Part shown: one piece after another, positions 32,401-45,229 of the stretch
Layout: the number at the start of each line of letters is the position of its first letter
How positions within the stretch are numbered: the stretch's first letter is position 1
Assembly (NCBI RefSeq): GCF_963506605.1
Contig: NC_083288.1
Location: forward strand, 37,882,001 to 37,946,000
DNA length: 64,000 nt
Direction: 5' to 3'
Source: Zootoca vivipara
Lineage: Eukaryota
Notes under the pieces: generated by a model
The model's input: only the letters and a program-made list of their open reading frames with translations
Database searches by the model: none
What the model was told of the DNA's origin: nothing
Translations under genes and position numbers: made by a program

Positions 32401-32859
32401 AGCATAGAGAATACCCAGGCTCAAACAAACGGGTAAAAGTAGCAGATTGCAGCTAAAATATCAGGGGAAGTTTCCTTAATGGTAGGAGCTGTTTGATAGT
32501 GGAATGGACTGGGAGAGTTTTGGAAGCTGAGGTTGGACATCCAAATGTGAAGGATGCTGAGGTTATACTGTATCCTGCATTTGCAGATCGCGTCCTGAGT
32601 AAGATCCTGCTCTTGAACTAAATGACCAACAGTGATGATGGTACTAGATTCTAACATTTCCCTGCCACCTAGAAAGAATAATTTCTATCTAGAGATAAAC
32701 ATGGGTTAAGGTATCCACGGATCACAGAGGGATTTGGGGGGAAGTAATGACAAAACACAACTAAAAATCAGCAAGATGACTTTTCACCTTATATCAAGGG
32801 GTAGTGCATGTACAGATGTAACTTGTGTATGGTGTGCCATACAAATTGTGCCTCTAAAT

Positions 32860-33175
32860 CATAGAATCATAGAGTTGGAAGAGACCACAAGGGCCATCCA
32901 GTCCAACCCCCTGCCAATGCCAAGCAGGAAACACCATCAAAGCATTCTTGACATATGGCTGTCAAGCATCTGCTTAAAGACCTCCAAAGAAGGAGACTCC
33001 ACCACACTCCTTGGCAGCAATTGCCACTGTCGAACAGCTCTTACTGTCAGGAAGTTATTCCTAATGTTTAGGTGGAATCTTATTTCTTGTAGTTTGAATC
33101 CATTGCTCCGTGTCCGCTTCTCTGGAGCAGCAGGAAACAACCTTTCACCCTCCTCTATATGACATCCTTTTATAT
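32860..33175 (-). mobile_element. CR1 LINE 3' end
   Basis: Peptide RTRSNGFKL..RFHLNIRNNFLTVRAV..W..LP..VVESPSLEVFK and the CR1 (ATTCTATG)n terminus. Confidence 0.9.
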
Positions 33176-34558
33176 CAGTCTTTCCCCATGTTGGTGCCAC
33201 CTAGATGTTTTGGACTACGGCTCCATCAAGCTGCCTGGGACTGATGGGAGCTCTTATTGCATTTGCAACCCACTTTTTTTACCCAAGGAGCTCAAGGGGG
33301 TGTATGTGCCTCTCCCCTTATGAGGTAGGTTAGGCAGAGAGGGCAAATGGACATTTGAACCCTGGCCTCCTAGGTCCTAGTCTGACACTGTAACCACTTC
33401 ACCACACTGGCTCTCCCCAGGTATTCCCTAGGGCAGACACTGCTTGGCTTCCGAGATCAGATACTATTTGGTGTTTTAAGGGGTCTGGAGAGCACCAGGT
33501 TGAGGAAGCCTGCTCTAAATTCTATAATGTACTGAATTTTGAAATTCTGAATATGCCAATGGTGTTGTTAAGAGAAGGGAGCAGCTGGGACTGTATCAAG
33601 AAGAGGTAGAAGCAGGGCAACCAGCTCCAGTAAATAGGTATATAAACTTGGTAAGGGGGGTGGGGGGATACTGTACCTATTAAGCAGGAACCATTGGCAG
33701 GCATGGAGAGAGACTTAGTAGTGATCCTCACGCAGCCAAAATGCCCTATGCAGCATTTGTGGCCTGCTGCTGCTGCCTCATCCTGCCTACAGCAATAGGC
33801 TCTGCTCCACTTCACCATGGCAACATTTGAGGCCTGGGTTGTGATGCTCGTTACCATAACAACTGTGCTACTCTTTCCCCATATTAACCCTCTAGCCCCA
33901 CCCCAGAAGGAGTAAATTACCAGCGAGGGATAATCAGCAGGAAACTTTAATTAACAAGGCAGTTTGGAACAGACAACAAGTGAAGCAGGGTACCTATTAG
34001 GAGTGGGGAGGATTTCCTGTCAGGAATCTGGCCAAAGCCAAGCACTCCCCCCCCCCACCGCCCTGTCTCCCCACCCCAAGTGGACAGGATCAAACGGAGA
34101 GAGAAAAATCACAAGAATAAGGGGATCAATAATCAAAGCTCAAGAGTTTCTGGGTTCACAGGGCACAGGATGCGGAGTTGCGAGATTCAAGGGCACATAA
34201 TCAGAGTTGGAAAAAACCACAAGGCCAAAATGGATCGACGTTTCTAGGGAGGAAATATGAACGGATCCCCGTAAAGAGTCAGAAGTTTATAGGGTTCAAC
34301 TACCACAGCATTTTAAGAACAGCGAGTCAAGGAACAAGGTTCATGGGTTAAGGAGTCCAAAGTGGTAGAAGAGGTCCGTATCCAAGGAGCTTGAGTATCA
34401 ATGAACCGGATGATCAATAACATCCACCGGGTAGGTCAAAATTCAAGGAAGTACAATGTTTGAGACGGTCAGAAGCTCACAAGTGTGTGGGTCAGAGTTC
34501 AAGGGCCGTGCCCCACTGCAGGGAAAGTCAACGTTCCAGGGGTTACATCATCAAATGT

Positions 34559-36186
<1,628 letters not shown>

Positions 36187-37499
36187 TTAAGTTGCACCAG
36201 AGTTTGAGAGCACTTTGTCAAGAGGAAATTAACCTGTTGAACATTGACCTCATGTAGCTGCTCCGGTTTCCATCCAGTTCAGTGTGACCTCCAAATAATC
36301 CAGATACTGTACACATAACACCCCCACTCCCACCCAAGGAATATGGTTCTTCGTCACTCCACCCCAATTTCTCTTATACCAAGGATCATCTAACTTCGAT
36401 AGTAGATTTCCAAAAAGGGAAGAAACGACTCAGAAATGTAGACAACACTTCTACAACCTGCAATCAAATCCTGGAAATTAACGGGATGTCGTGAAAAGTT
36501 AGGTCACTTCTAGACATCCCTCTTGAGTTCTAATATAATGGGGAAGGGGTACTTCCCTGACCAACCTACCCTATTAACAGTTAAATACCTACTCAAATAC
36601 AGCTTCTACTGAATAACCATCTTCATATAATACAATGAAACCAGTGGTATATCCGCGGGGAACACATACAGTATATTTACGTCCTTGTATTAGAACATCC
36701 CTACAAAATTAAGAGGTCACACTTGGTGAATTAAGTAGTACACACAACCCTCCCCTCCCCAAAAAAAGTGTGATATGATTGCACCCTCTAAAAATTCCTC
36801 CTGAATTCCTCCAGCACCTCATCAATGTAGCAGGATACTGTTGTTTGTTTGTTTTAAGTCAAGGTTTGGAGGTAGTCAACCTTATCAAAACCTAATCTTT
36901 CTCAGATGAAGATACGTACCCACCAAGTGAATAGAATAACTTCCATAGAATTGCAACACTCCCATATGAAAGCATTCTTACCCCAGCATAGGATTTAACC
37001 CACCAAAAGGTTAATGGGGATTTTTCACAGATGGACTCCTATGATCAGCCCCTGTCCCCAATTCACTGGTTATCCTCTGGAGAAAGGTACAGCTCCCCAA
37101 ACTGCGTCCCCTAATGGAGACCATTCCCCAACCACCTGGGGAGATCACAAACTGGCCAGCATTCTCCACCCCACCCAACTAGCCCCAGTGCAACAGAACA
37201 ATAATAAAACACACACACACACCCACAGCCTCCTGCCTCCCAAAATTTCCAGCATCCAAAAATATTGCACGCAGCCTCGCAAAAACCTATCTGCCTACCA
37301 CCCCACCAGCTCTGGACAAACAATAATGCAACTGCTCTCTCCTCTCAGATGTCCATACATCCACTCTACTACTCTCCAGTATTCCCTGGAAGCAACACCC
37401 CGATGCTGCATTGCAGCCCTTTAACGGATTAAAAGCAATCTTGAAAAGCCTCCCCCTCCAAAAAGAAAAAAGAAGATCAGCTGTGCACCCTCCAAGCGC

Positions 37500-37920
37500 T
37501 CTTCAGCGTGCCCCTCTGCAGCAGCGCCACAATGAAGCCCTCTCTCCCTTGTCTGCACATGGCTTCCCTCGCACGCCTCGCCTCCTCCCGGGGAACCCCA
37601 CAGCTCCGGGCCACGACCTATTGCAGCCCCGCTCCCTCCTCCCCAGAGGACCCAGGCATCCCGGCTCCCGGCTCCCCGGCTCTATCCCATTCAGAGCCCC
37701 AGCGCTCCGGCCAGCAGCCTCCCCTCCCTCAAATCGCTGCAAGCGACCCTGATTGCAGCTACAAAAGGGTTGATGGGAAAGTGACGCACCCCGCTCCCCC
37801 TTTAAACCGGGGAGGGTGGCCATCTTGAGGCCGGGCAAGCTGGCCGTGAAGCTGCCGGGAAGGGGGAAAGAGCCATCTTGGCTGTGGGAACGAGCCCCAA
37901 TTCCAAGATGGAGTCGCCTC
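37500..37920 (-). promoter_or_regulatory. CpG-rich candidate promoter / 5'UTR of the CRK-like gene
   Basis: Local CpG enrichment 1.4-1.8 kb upstream of the ATG, TTTAAA at 37801-37806, TGACG half-site, three YY1-like CAAGATGG motifs. Exon boundary not resolved. Confidence 0.45.
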
Positions 37921-38103
37921 TCCATCCCACTGCCAGGGTCAAGCTGCTGCTTTTGTGATGGGAGGTTTAGCTGTGAGCTTCTCACTTTTTTTTGCCCCTA
38001 ATTGTTGTGATAATCCTTCAGTAAAGAAGGACGAGAGGACTGGCTGTTTAGCAATTATGGAATATTAAATAGTATTTTGCTGCGATAGCCAGGGGCACAC
38101 AGG

Positions 38104-38193
38104 CATAGCTGCCAAGTTTTCCCTTTTCTCGCGAGGAAGCCTATTCAGCATAAGGGAAAATCCCTTAAAAAAAGGGATAACTTGGCAGCTATG
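38104..38193. mobile_element. 90-bp MITE with 15-bp TIRs and 6-bp flanking direct repeat
   Basis: CATAGCTGCCAAGTT ... AACTTGGCAGCTATG, flanked by CACAGG on both sides. Confidence 0.7.
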
Positions 38194-38616
38194 CACAGGG
38201 TATCAATCTCTAGTGCTCTTCCCACTCCGCAGGATTCAAAATTTACATCCCTCATCTGCATATGCAAATATATCGAGCTACTGGAGCAAAAATCTTATGC
38301 ATGCTTACTTGGGAGTACGTCTGATGGGATTTTGAGTAAGGCATGCATAAGATCCCATTGTTCTAGTTACAGGTAGGTAGCCGTGTTGGTCTGGTGTAGT
38401 CGAAACAAAACAAAACAAAAAATTCTTTTCATACCAATGACAAACTTAGTTGGTCTCTAAGGTGCTACTGGAAGAAGAATTTTTATTATTATTTAGGATC
38501 CCATTGTTAGCCTTGTAAAAAGGCTTGGTGAACTAAGGTCCAGGCACCCCCAATGGGAAGTTAGTTGGCTTTTTCTTTTTTTTTGAGGGGCAGTTTCCCT
38601 GTGTTGTAAGAATTAG

Positions 38617-38742
38617 CTGGGATAGCTCAGTCGGTAGAGTATGAGACTCTTAATCTCAGGGTTGTGGATTCAAGCCCCACATTAAGCAAAAGATTCCTGC
38701 ATTGTAGGGGGTTGGACCAGATGACGCCCTACAATTCTATGA
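38617..38742 (+). mobile_element. tRNA(Lys)-like SINE with CR1-type tail (other copies near 7317-7452, 47305-47415 and 30205-30350 on minus)
   Basis: TAGCTCAGTCGGTAGAG..GACTCTTAATCTCAGGG head and GGTTGGAC..GATGAC..ATTCTATG tail. Confidence 0.7.
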
Positions 38743-39860
38743 GAAACCATATGATATCCTTGATGGCGCTAGGTCTGCAGAGCTAAAAGGCAGCACATGC
38801 TGGTCTCTTCAGACAGCCAGGACACCTCTGCTTCCCAGGAATATCTTCAGGGCTAGGCACAGACTTTCCCGTACAACCCTATTTCCCAATCTCTTCATGA
38901 TCCTTTTACACCTTTGCACATCCCTCTCCATGTTTGCCTAGGTGTGTGTTTGTGGAACATAACAAAATATAACAAATGCCAAAAATAAAACTATAAGGGG
39001 TATCGAGAACTGAACATAGCAGAACCAATTTCCATAGCAAAATAAGTATAACAGATCAAGGTTCCAAATAACATTGCATTATCCTGTACCTTATGGCTCC
39101 AGTACATTACAAAGAGACTCCATTTCTCCATAAATCTATTATCTTGCCGTCTACCCTGTCTGGTTCTAACCACGTGTGAGCTTAACCGTGCATACTGTGT
39201 CCCATATTTTAATTATTTGTTCCCTAATAGATGCTCTTTTTCCCAATTTTGACTAATAATTCTGGCAGCCGTCAAGGGATGTTGTATTCTTTCCCTGTCC
39301 TCTATTAAAAATGCTGCTTGAGCATACCCAAATGGGAAAGGGCCCTTGGGTAAATTATAGTCCATCATTTCTTCAATTTCTGTTCTTATCTCTTCCCAGC
39401 AGTTTCTGAGTTTAGGACACATCCAGAATATATGCCATATCCCACTGTTTGTGGTTTTACACCTAGCTGCCTAGAGCTATTTGTGTGCTTTTTCCTCTCC
39501 GGGACATCTACCATTACTGGTCCTGTGGGAATGGTTCCTAGAGATAAGAAAGAAGCAGGCATGTGATGAAGAGCACCTCAGAGCAGTCTCCAGCTGTGCT
39601 GATTATTTTTAAAAATATTGATATTGTTTATTGAACTGTTATTGCTTTTTAAAATGTGATTAAAGTTCAGTGCTTCTTGCAAGCCAGCTTGATCTGTATC
39701 CTGAAAGGCAGAATGCAAATAACTCTAATGCTAATTAAACGCCTGTCCCTCATCATGTGTCTGTGCACTTAGAGGGGGCAAGGGTGTTTGTCACGTTGTA
39801 GATGCTTTTATGTGGCTTGGAGGATATGGACTACTGGTCATTTGAGGCTATCACTGAAGC

Positions 39861-40170
39861 CCCATCTGCACTATCCATTTAAAGCACTATGCTACCACTT
39901 TAAGCATGGCCTCCCCCCCCAAAAAAAAATAATTCTGGGAACTGCAGTATGCTAAGGGAGCAGTGAGTTATTAGGATACATCTATTCCCCTCCACACAAA
40001 GTAATTTAACAATCAATCCCTCTTCCCAAGAAACTCTGGGAACTGTAGCTCTGCGAAGGGAATAGGGAGTCTCCTAACAACTCTCAGCACGCTTAAAAAA
40101 CTGCATTTCCCAGGATTATTTGGGGAATGTTATGACTATCTAAAGTGGCATGATACTGCCTTAAATGTAA
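39861..40170. mobile_element. Palindromic non-autonomous DNA transposon (Harbinger-like MITE)
   Basis: Long imperfect inverted arms CATTTAAAGCACTATGCTACCACTTTA / TAAAGTGGCATGATACTGCCTTAAATG with internal CTGGGAACTG(C/T)AG motifs. Confidence 0.55.
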
Positions 40171-40668
40171 CCAAGGAGGAAAGCTTTCCCCCCCTACTGG
40201 AAGATAGTATTTTTTATTTCACACAGATCTTCAGACAATGATATCCTCATTGTATTTCTTCCAGCCTCCAACATTCAACTTGGTGAACAAGAAAAATACC
40301 TAAACTTTTTCATCAACTTAGCAATCAAACGCCTCCATGCAGCAAATGTCTATTAAATGGACTCCATTTGCATTCTCACTAAAGAGACACAAGCGATATT
40401 CAACCTGCTTTATTATAAAATGCAGCAATTCATATAAAAACATTAATATCAAACACGTAGTACAAAGTACAAAAGCTCTTGAAAAATCAACATGAAAAAC
40501 AAAAAGCTCAGTTTCAAAACTTCTTGCATCAGGACAAGTTAATTATGTCAGGCTGAGCAACTAACTCCCCATTTTACTTGTCCACCGCTTGTAGGATCTA
40601 CCACTTGTATGGAAACTTCCAAATCCTCCCACACTCCCAAATCACAGACATAATCTATTTTGAGTTCT

Positions 40669-43600
40669 TCATCGCAGTTTGATCTCAAAGCAAATGCAAT
40701 TGATGTTCTGGCAGTCTGGGGGCTGGTATGTGCAGGCACAATCGCAGAGTGGACACAAGCGGGGAAAGGAACAAGCCCCTGGTTCCCAGCCCTGCTGGTA
40801 AGAGACAGAAATTGTACACTGTTAACCTATGGAAATACCTGCATCAAAATGTTACAACATCCTTCACTAAACTTGGACTTAGGGAAATACCGAATAATGA
40901 TTACCACAAGACTGTTGAAAGGCAGGGTATAAATATTTTAAATTAATAAATAGGCATTGTCTGAAGATAGATACCAGAAAAGGATAGGCTTGAATATCAT
41001 GGTAAGTTCCCTTGACATTTTCCCACTCTGAACACCTATAAGTTCAATGTTTCTCAACATGCAGGCCACATCCTCCCTGGAGAAGCTCAGACAAGCTCTA
41101 AAGAAAGTTTAAGTGTCTGTCTACCCTGTTCATCTTTCTTCCTCCCACATGGATCCCTCTTGCCTGTCCCTCTCCTTTCAAATGATATATATTGTTTTGG
41201 TTAGCATATGATTTTAAGGAGTATGGGTTTATTAAATAACAAGTGCTGCTGTTTTCAAGAGCCTCTTTACTTGAAACTATTCAGGTAGCTTGTTATCTCT
41301 CCAGAAATACCACATGTTTGCTACTGCCTAACTTGCAGGCTTTGTTACTCATGCAGGTAGAATTAGAGATCCACAGGAAATGCATTCTCTAGTTCAGAAT
41401 TTCAATCTAATTCCACATTCAGACATTGCCACTTGCACAAACACACTACACACAGGTAAACAGTAGAGCTGCCACACAATTCAAGATATGCAGCACAATC
41501 CTATACATATTGATAAATTTTATGTCTACCCATTTTTAAGTTTGATTTTATGAGTGCTTTTATGAATATATTGATTTATGTATACCACATAGAGATATTT
41601 AAAATTCAGTACTATATAAATCTTGTTAAATAAGTAACATCTGGAAAACTACAGGTTTGCCATCCTTGCTCTAAAAAGGCAAGGTATTATTCTGCTCCGA
41701 ATTGTTCTCTCTTTCCTCTTAGCACAGAGTAACAGAGCATGCAACCATACCTTCTCACCCTTCTCCTCCACCCAACAAAAAAATAAGTTTCCCTCCAAAA
41801 TGTGTAACATACATGAAGGCCAGTCATTGCCACGCCCCACATTTTCATCTGCTAAGCCCTGGACCGCCTTTCCACCTGGACACTGCTGTGTACAGTGGAA
41901 CCTCATGTTATATACTGTCCTCCTTACGAATGCTTCGGGTAACGAGCTCCGCTAACCCATAAGTAGATGCCCCTAGTTGTGAACTTTGCCCCGGGATGCG
42001 AGCGGAAGTCGCGCACCGGTGGCGTGGCAGCAGCAGGAGGCCCCATTAGCGAAAGCGTGCCTCATGTTAGGAATGGTTTTGGCTTAAGAACAGACCTCCA
42101 GAAGTAATTAAGTTTGTAACCGGAGGTACCACTGTATTCAAATGACCCCAGGGGAAACTAGTCTCAGATATTTCCAAAAAGCCAATCAATTATCCAGAGG
42201 GAAAACTCACATTAGTACAGGTGCAGTAGCGATCCATACAGCGGGTTGGGGAAGGAATGGCACAGTCACATGATTCTGCACAGGTCAAACAGCATTCGCA
42301 CATGTTTGGCCAAGGCCGCTTTTCACAGGAACAGCAGTTGGCACAAAGACCCCGGGCCTGCGAAGAGATAAGAGAAGGAAAACCAGGTTGGTTAACCAAA
42401 CAACCAGAGTTAAGAAGCAATTCTTTTTATCTCTCATAGGCTAGAGCTCCTATGATTTGTTACGAAATTGATTGCAAGGACGCGGGTGGTGCTGTGGGTT
42501 AAACCACAGAGCCTAGGGCTTGCCAATTAGAAGGTCGGCGGTTCGAATCCCCGTGAAGGGGTGAGCTCCTGTTGCTCGGTCCCTGCTCCTGCCAACCTAG
42601 CAGTTTGAAAGCATGTCCAAGTGCAAGTAGATAAATAGGTATCGCTACAGCGGGAAGGTAAACGGCGTTTCCGTGCGCTGCTCTAGTTTGCCAGAAGCGG
42701 CTTTGTTATGCTGGCCACATGACCTGGAAGCTGTACGCCGGCTCCCTCGGCCAATAACGCAAGATGAGCGCCGCAACCCCAGAGTCATCTGCGACTGGAC
42801 CTAATGGTCAGGGGTCCTTTTTAATCCAAAATTGTCAGAACACCAACTGCGCAATATTAACAATGTGAATTTGTTACCCCTTTCTACTTGCTCTCCAAAG
42901 GACTACTGCTTCCATAATGCACTGTCATATGGTATGCTGTAATACACTATGGAAAAGATAGATCTATCCTCATTATTACACCTATAAAAATCCCCAAATG
43001 TGTTTTGCCCTTTCAACCATCACCATCCCTTTCCCAAGTTACCATCAGGCACTGTCGGAGGACAAGGACCAGGGCCAGGAGTAATAAGTAGGATCCAACG
43101 ACCAAGAAAATGATGGCAGGAAGAGGCAGGAACAAGGTTGTGGCAAAAGGGAGGTCTGGTGGAGGGTTCAGCGATGGAGTCTGTAAGGAGAGGAAAGCCA
43201 AAGGAGAAGGGACATTGACAGTACGGTATGGAGGGTGAGGAGGAAGAGGAGCAATTAAAGGCGTTACATGGCTGAGCACTGAAATACAGCTTTGCACGTA
43301 ACACAAAACACCTGCTAGGAATTTGGAATGTTCTTAATATCAGAAAATTGACAGATGGAATATTTAACCTCTGACCAGAAGCATATACATGAAGTGTATA
43401 GCTTCTCTGACATAGGTTAGTACATGTTTGGAAGTTAGGTGACTCCTCTTAATCTAGTGGTGGTGGCAGCAGCAGCTGCAGATATAATATTGTTTTAATG
43501 AGTTTCTAACCTTCAAATATCTGTGAGGCACAGAGGATCACATACTTATATGAAGAGGATCCCACAATAATCAATATTCCAAACTCAAAATGTTTGAATT

Positions 43601-44526
43601 TTAACACATGGCTTTCAAATCAGTCTTCAATGATTCCTAAGTAGATTTGTTAAATTCAGTTCAGTCACATGTCAAACTGGGAGATGAGAGATGGGGCACT
43701 TTGAGAAGTGAAGTGAAGGGCAGTGTGAATACAGATGTAAGAATGCTTTACCCTGTTTCCCCCTTTTTAATACATAGTCATAAAGTAAGCCATGGCAGGG
43801 TTTTTAAGCATTTGAGAAATATAAGACATACCCCCAAAATAAGCCATACTTCCGCGCCATGGAAACCAACCCCCACAGGCACCTCCACTCACAGAGTCAC
43901 TCCATGCGGCCAAGAGCTCTGCTTAACAGCTGATCGCGCTCCCGCCTTGCTGGCTGCATCCCCGTGCTCCGCTTGCCACCATCGCTGGGCTCACTGCTTC
44001 TTCCTTGCCTGGCCCAGCCAAGGAGCTTGGAGCACCCTGCAGCGGCGGGGGGAGCGCCTGAGCCAGTGGCCTCCGCCTGGCCTGGCCAAGGACGCCTGCT
44101 GCCCCGCCGCCCGGAACCGGTGGCTGCTGCAGTGCTGAGCACTCAAGAGAGCACAGCAGCGCCCTGAGCCAGCGCCCTGAGCCGTAAAAACCGTACCAGT
44201 AATTAAAAAAAATAAGACATCCCACCGAAAGTAAGCCACCCTGTGTTTTTTTGAGGAAAAAAAGTTATAAGACGGTGTCTTAAAAAGGGGGAAACACGGT
44301 ACTTACTGCCATTCCTCAGCTGGGGAAGGACTAGGCATCAACCTCTGGAGGCTCCATGGATAGCTCAGAGCCCCGAGGAAGAGACAAATAACTTGAAGCT
44401 ATTACAGACCATGCTTCTACTTGTTCCTTGAGCACAACATCTATAGTCTGCTAGAGCAAAAGAGAGGGTCAGAACTTACTGAGCAACAGAGTTAAAACTC
44501 ACTTTCTTCATGAAGCTTTCATTCAT
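40669..44526 (-). CDS. Small single-pass membrane Cys-rich protein (144 aa), orthologue-like of the uncharacterised human ORF upstream of ALDOA (LOC112694756)
   Basis: Exons 44503-44526 (MNESFMKK, least certain), 43043-43180 (TM: LPLPAIIFLVVGSYLLLLALVLVL), 42211-42357, 40669-40794 (CPLCDCACTYQPPDCQNINCICFEIKLR*). All phase 0 and GT-AG. AATAAA at 40409-40414. Probable non-coding exon 1 ends at 45292. Confidence 0.85.
41891..42137. mobile_element. Tc1/mariner (Tigger-like) MITE
   Basis: TA-CAGTGGAACCTC ... GAGGTACCACTG-TA. Confidence 0.75.
42478..42819 (+). mobile_element. Sauria SINE
   Basis: Full-length copy starting GGACGCGGGTGGTGCTGTGGGTTAAACC. Confidence 0.9.
43790..44301 (-). mobile_element. 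Non-autonomous mariner/Tigger-like element with GC-rich interior (related pieces at 3261-3290 and 4441-4640)
   Basis: Repeated AAAATAAGAC/AAATAAGCC motifs and terminal GAAACACGGTA. Confidence 0.6.
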
Positions 44527-44615
44527 GTACATTAACTCTGAAGACTACTGATTTCAAAGAGGTCTCAACCATATTGAGATTGATCAAACAGGCTCCAAAG
44601 CTCTAATGTTGCTGT

Positions 44616-44618
<3 letters not shown>

Positions 44619-44666
<48 letters not shown>
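44619..44666. repeat. (CA)n microsatellite
   Basis: Direct reading. Confidence 0.95.
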
Positions 44667-44670
<4 letters not shown>

Positions 44671-45229
44671 GAATGGTATTGATTAAAGTTTCAGTGTCAC
44701 TGGGATAAATAAATTTTTATTTTGGAAAGGAAGCTCGAATATTTGTCTTCTGTTTTGACAGTTGACCCCACAGCCCCCTCCAGCAAGCCTACTTCCCCTC
44801 TCCCTGCTCATCGCACCCTTCCCTTCCATTCTTCAAAATTTCCTCTTTCCATAACCAAATGGAAACGAAATGAAACAGTCCTTCCTCCTCCTCCCAATGT
44901 TAATGAGCCTCCAGTCTCTTCTGATTAATGTCCACTCCCTTATGAATATTGTTCATTATTCACTGTGCAGCTTTATTCGTATTACGTAATCCGAGACAAG
45001 AATCTGCGCTCCCTGTTTCTGGCGATGTCCAAACCCACCCGCCAGGAGGTGGACATCAGTGCTGCCGATTCACGTTCATACGCTTCCCGGGCCTTCCTCC
45101 ATTGTGGAGCGAGCGGCCTAGACGAAACTGGGCTCTGAAGCTCAAGTCGTTGTCTCTCAGCCTAACCTACCTCACGGGGCTGCTGTGAGGATAAAACGAG
45201 AGAGGGGGGGACGCTGCTCTGAGCAACTT

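Noticed and set aside
38617-38690. tRNA-Lys-like sequence
   Set aside because: Degenerate stems, continues into a CR1-type tail and recurs in several copies, so it is a SINE head rather than a tRNA gene.
43900-44180. GC-rich patch with multiple overlapping ORFs, suggesting an exon or CpG promoter
   Set aside because: Lies inside a mariner-like non-autonomous element bounded by AAAATAAGAC motifs.
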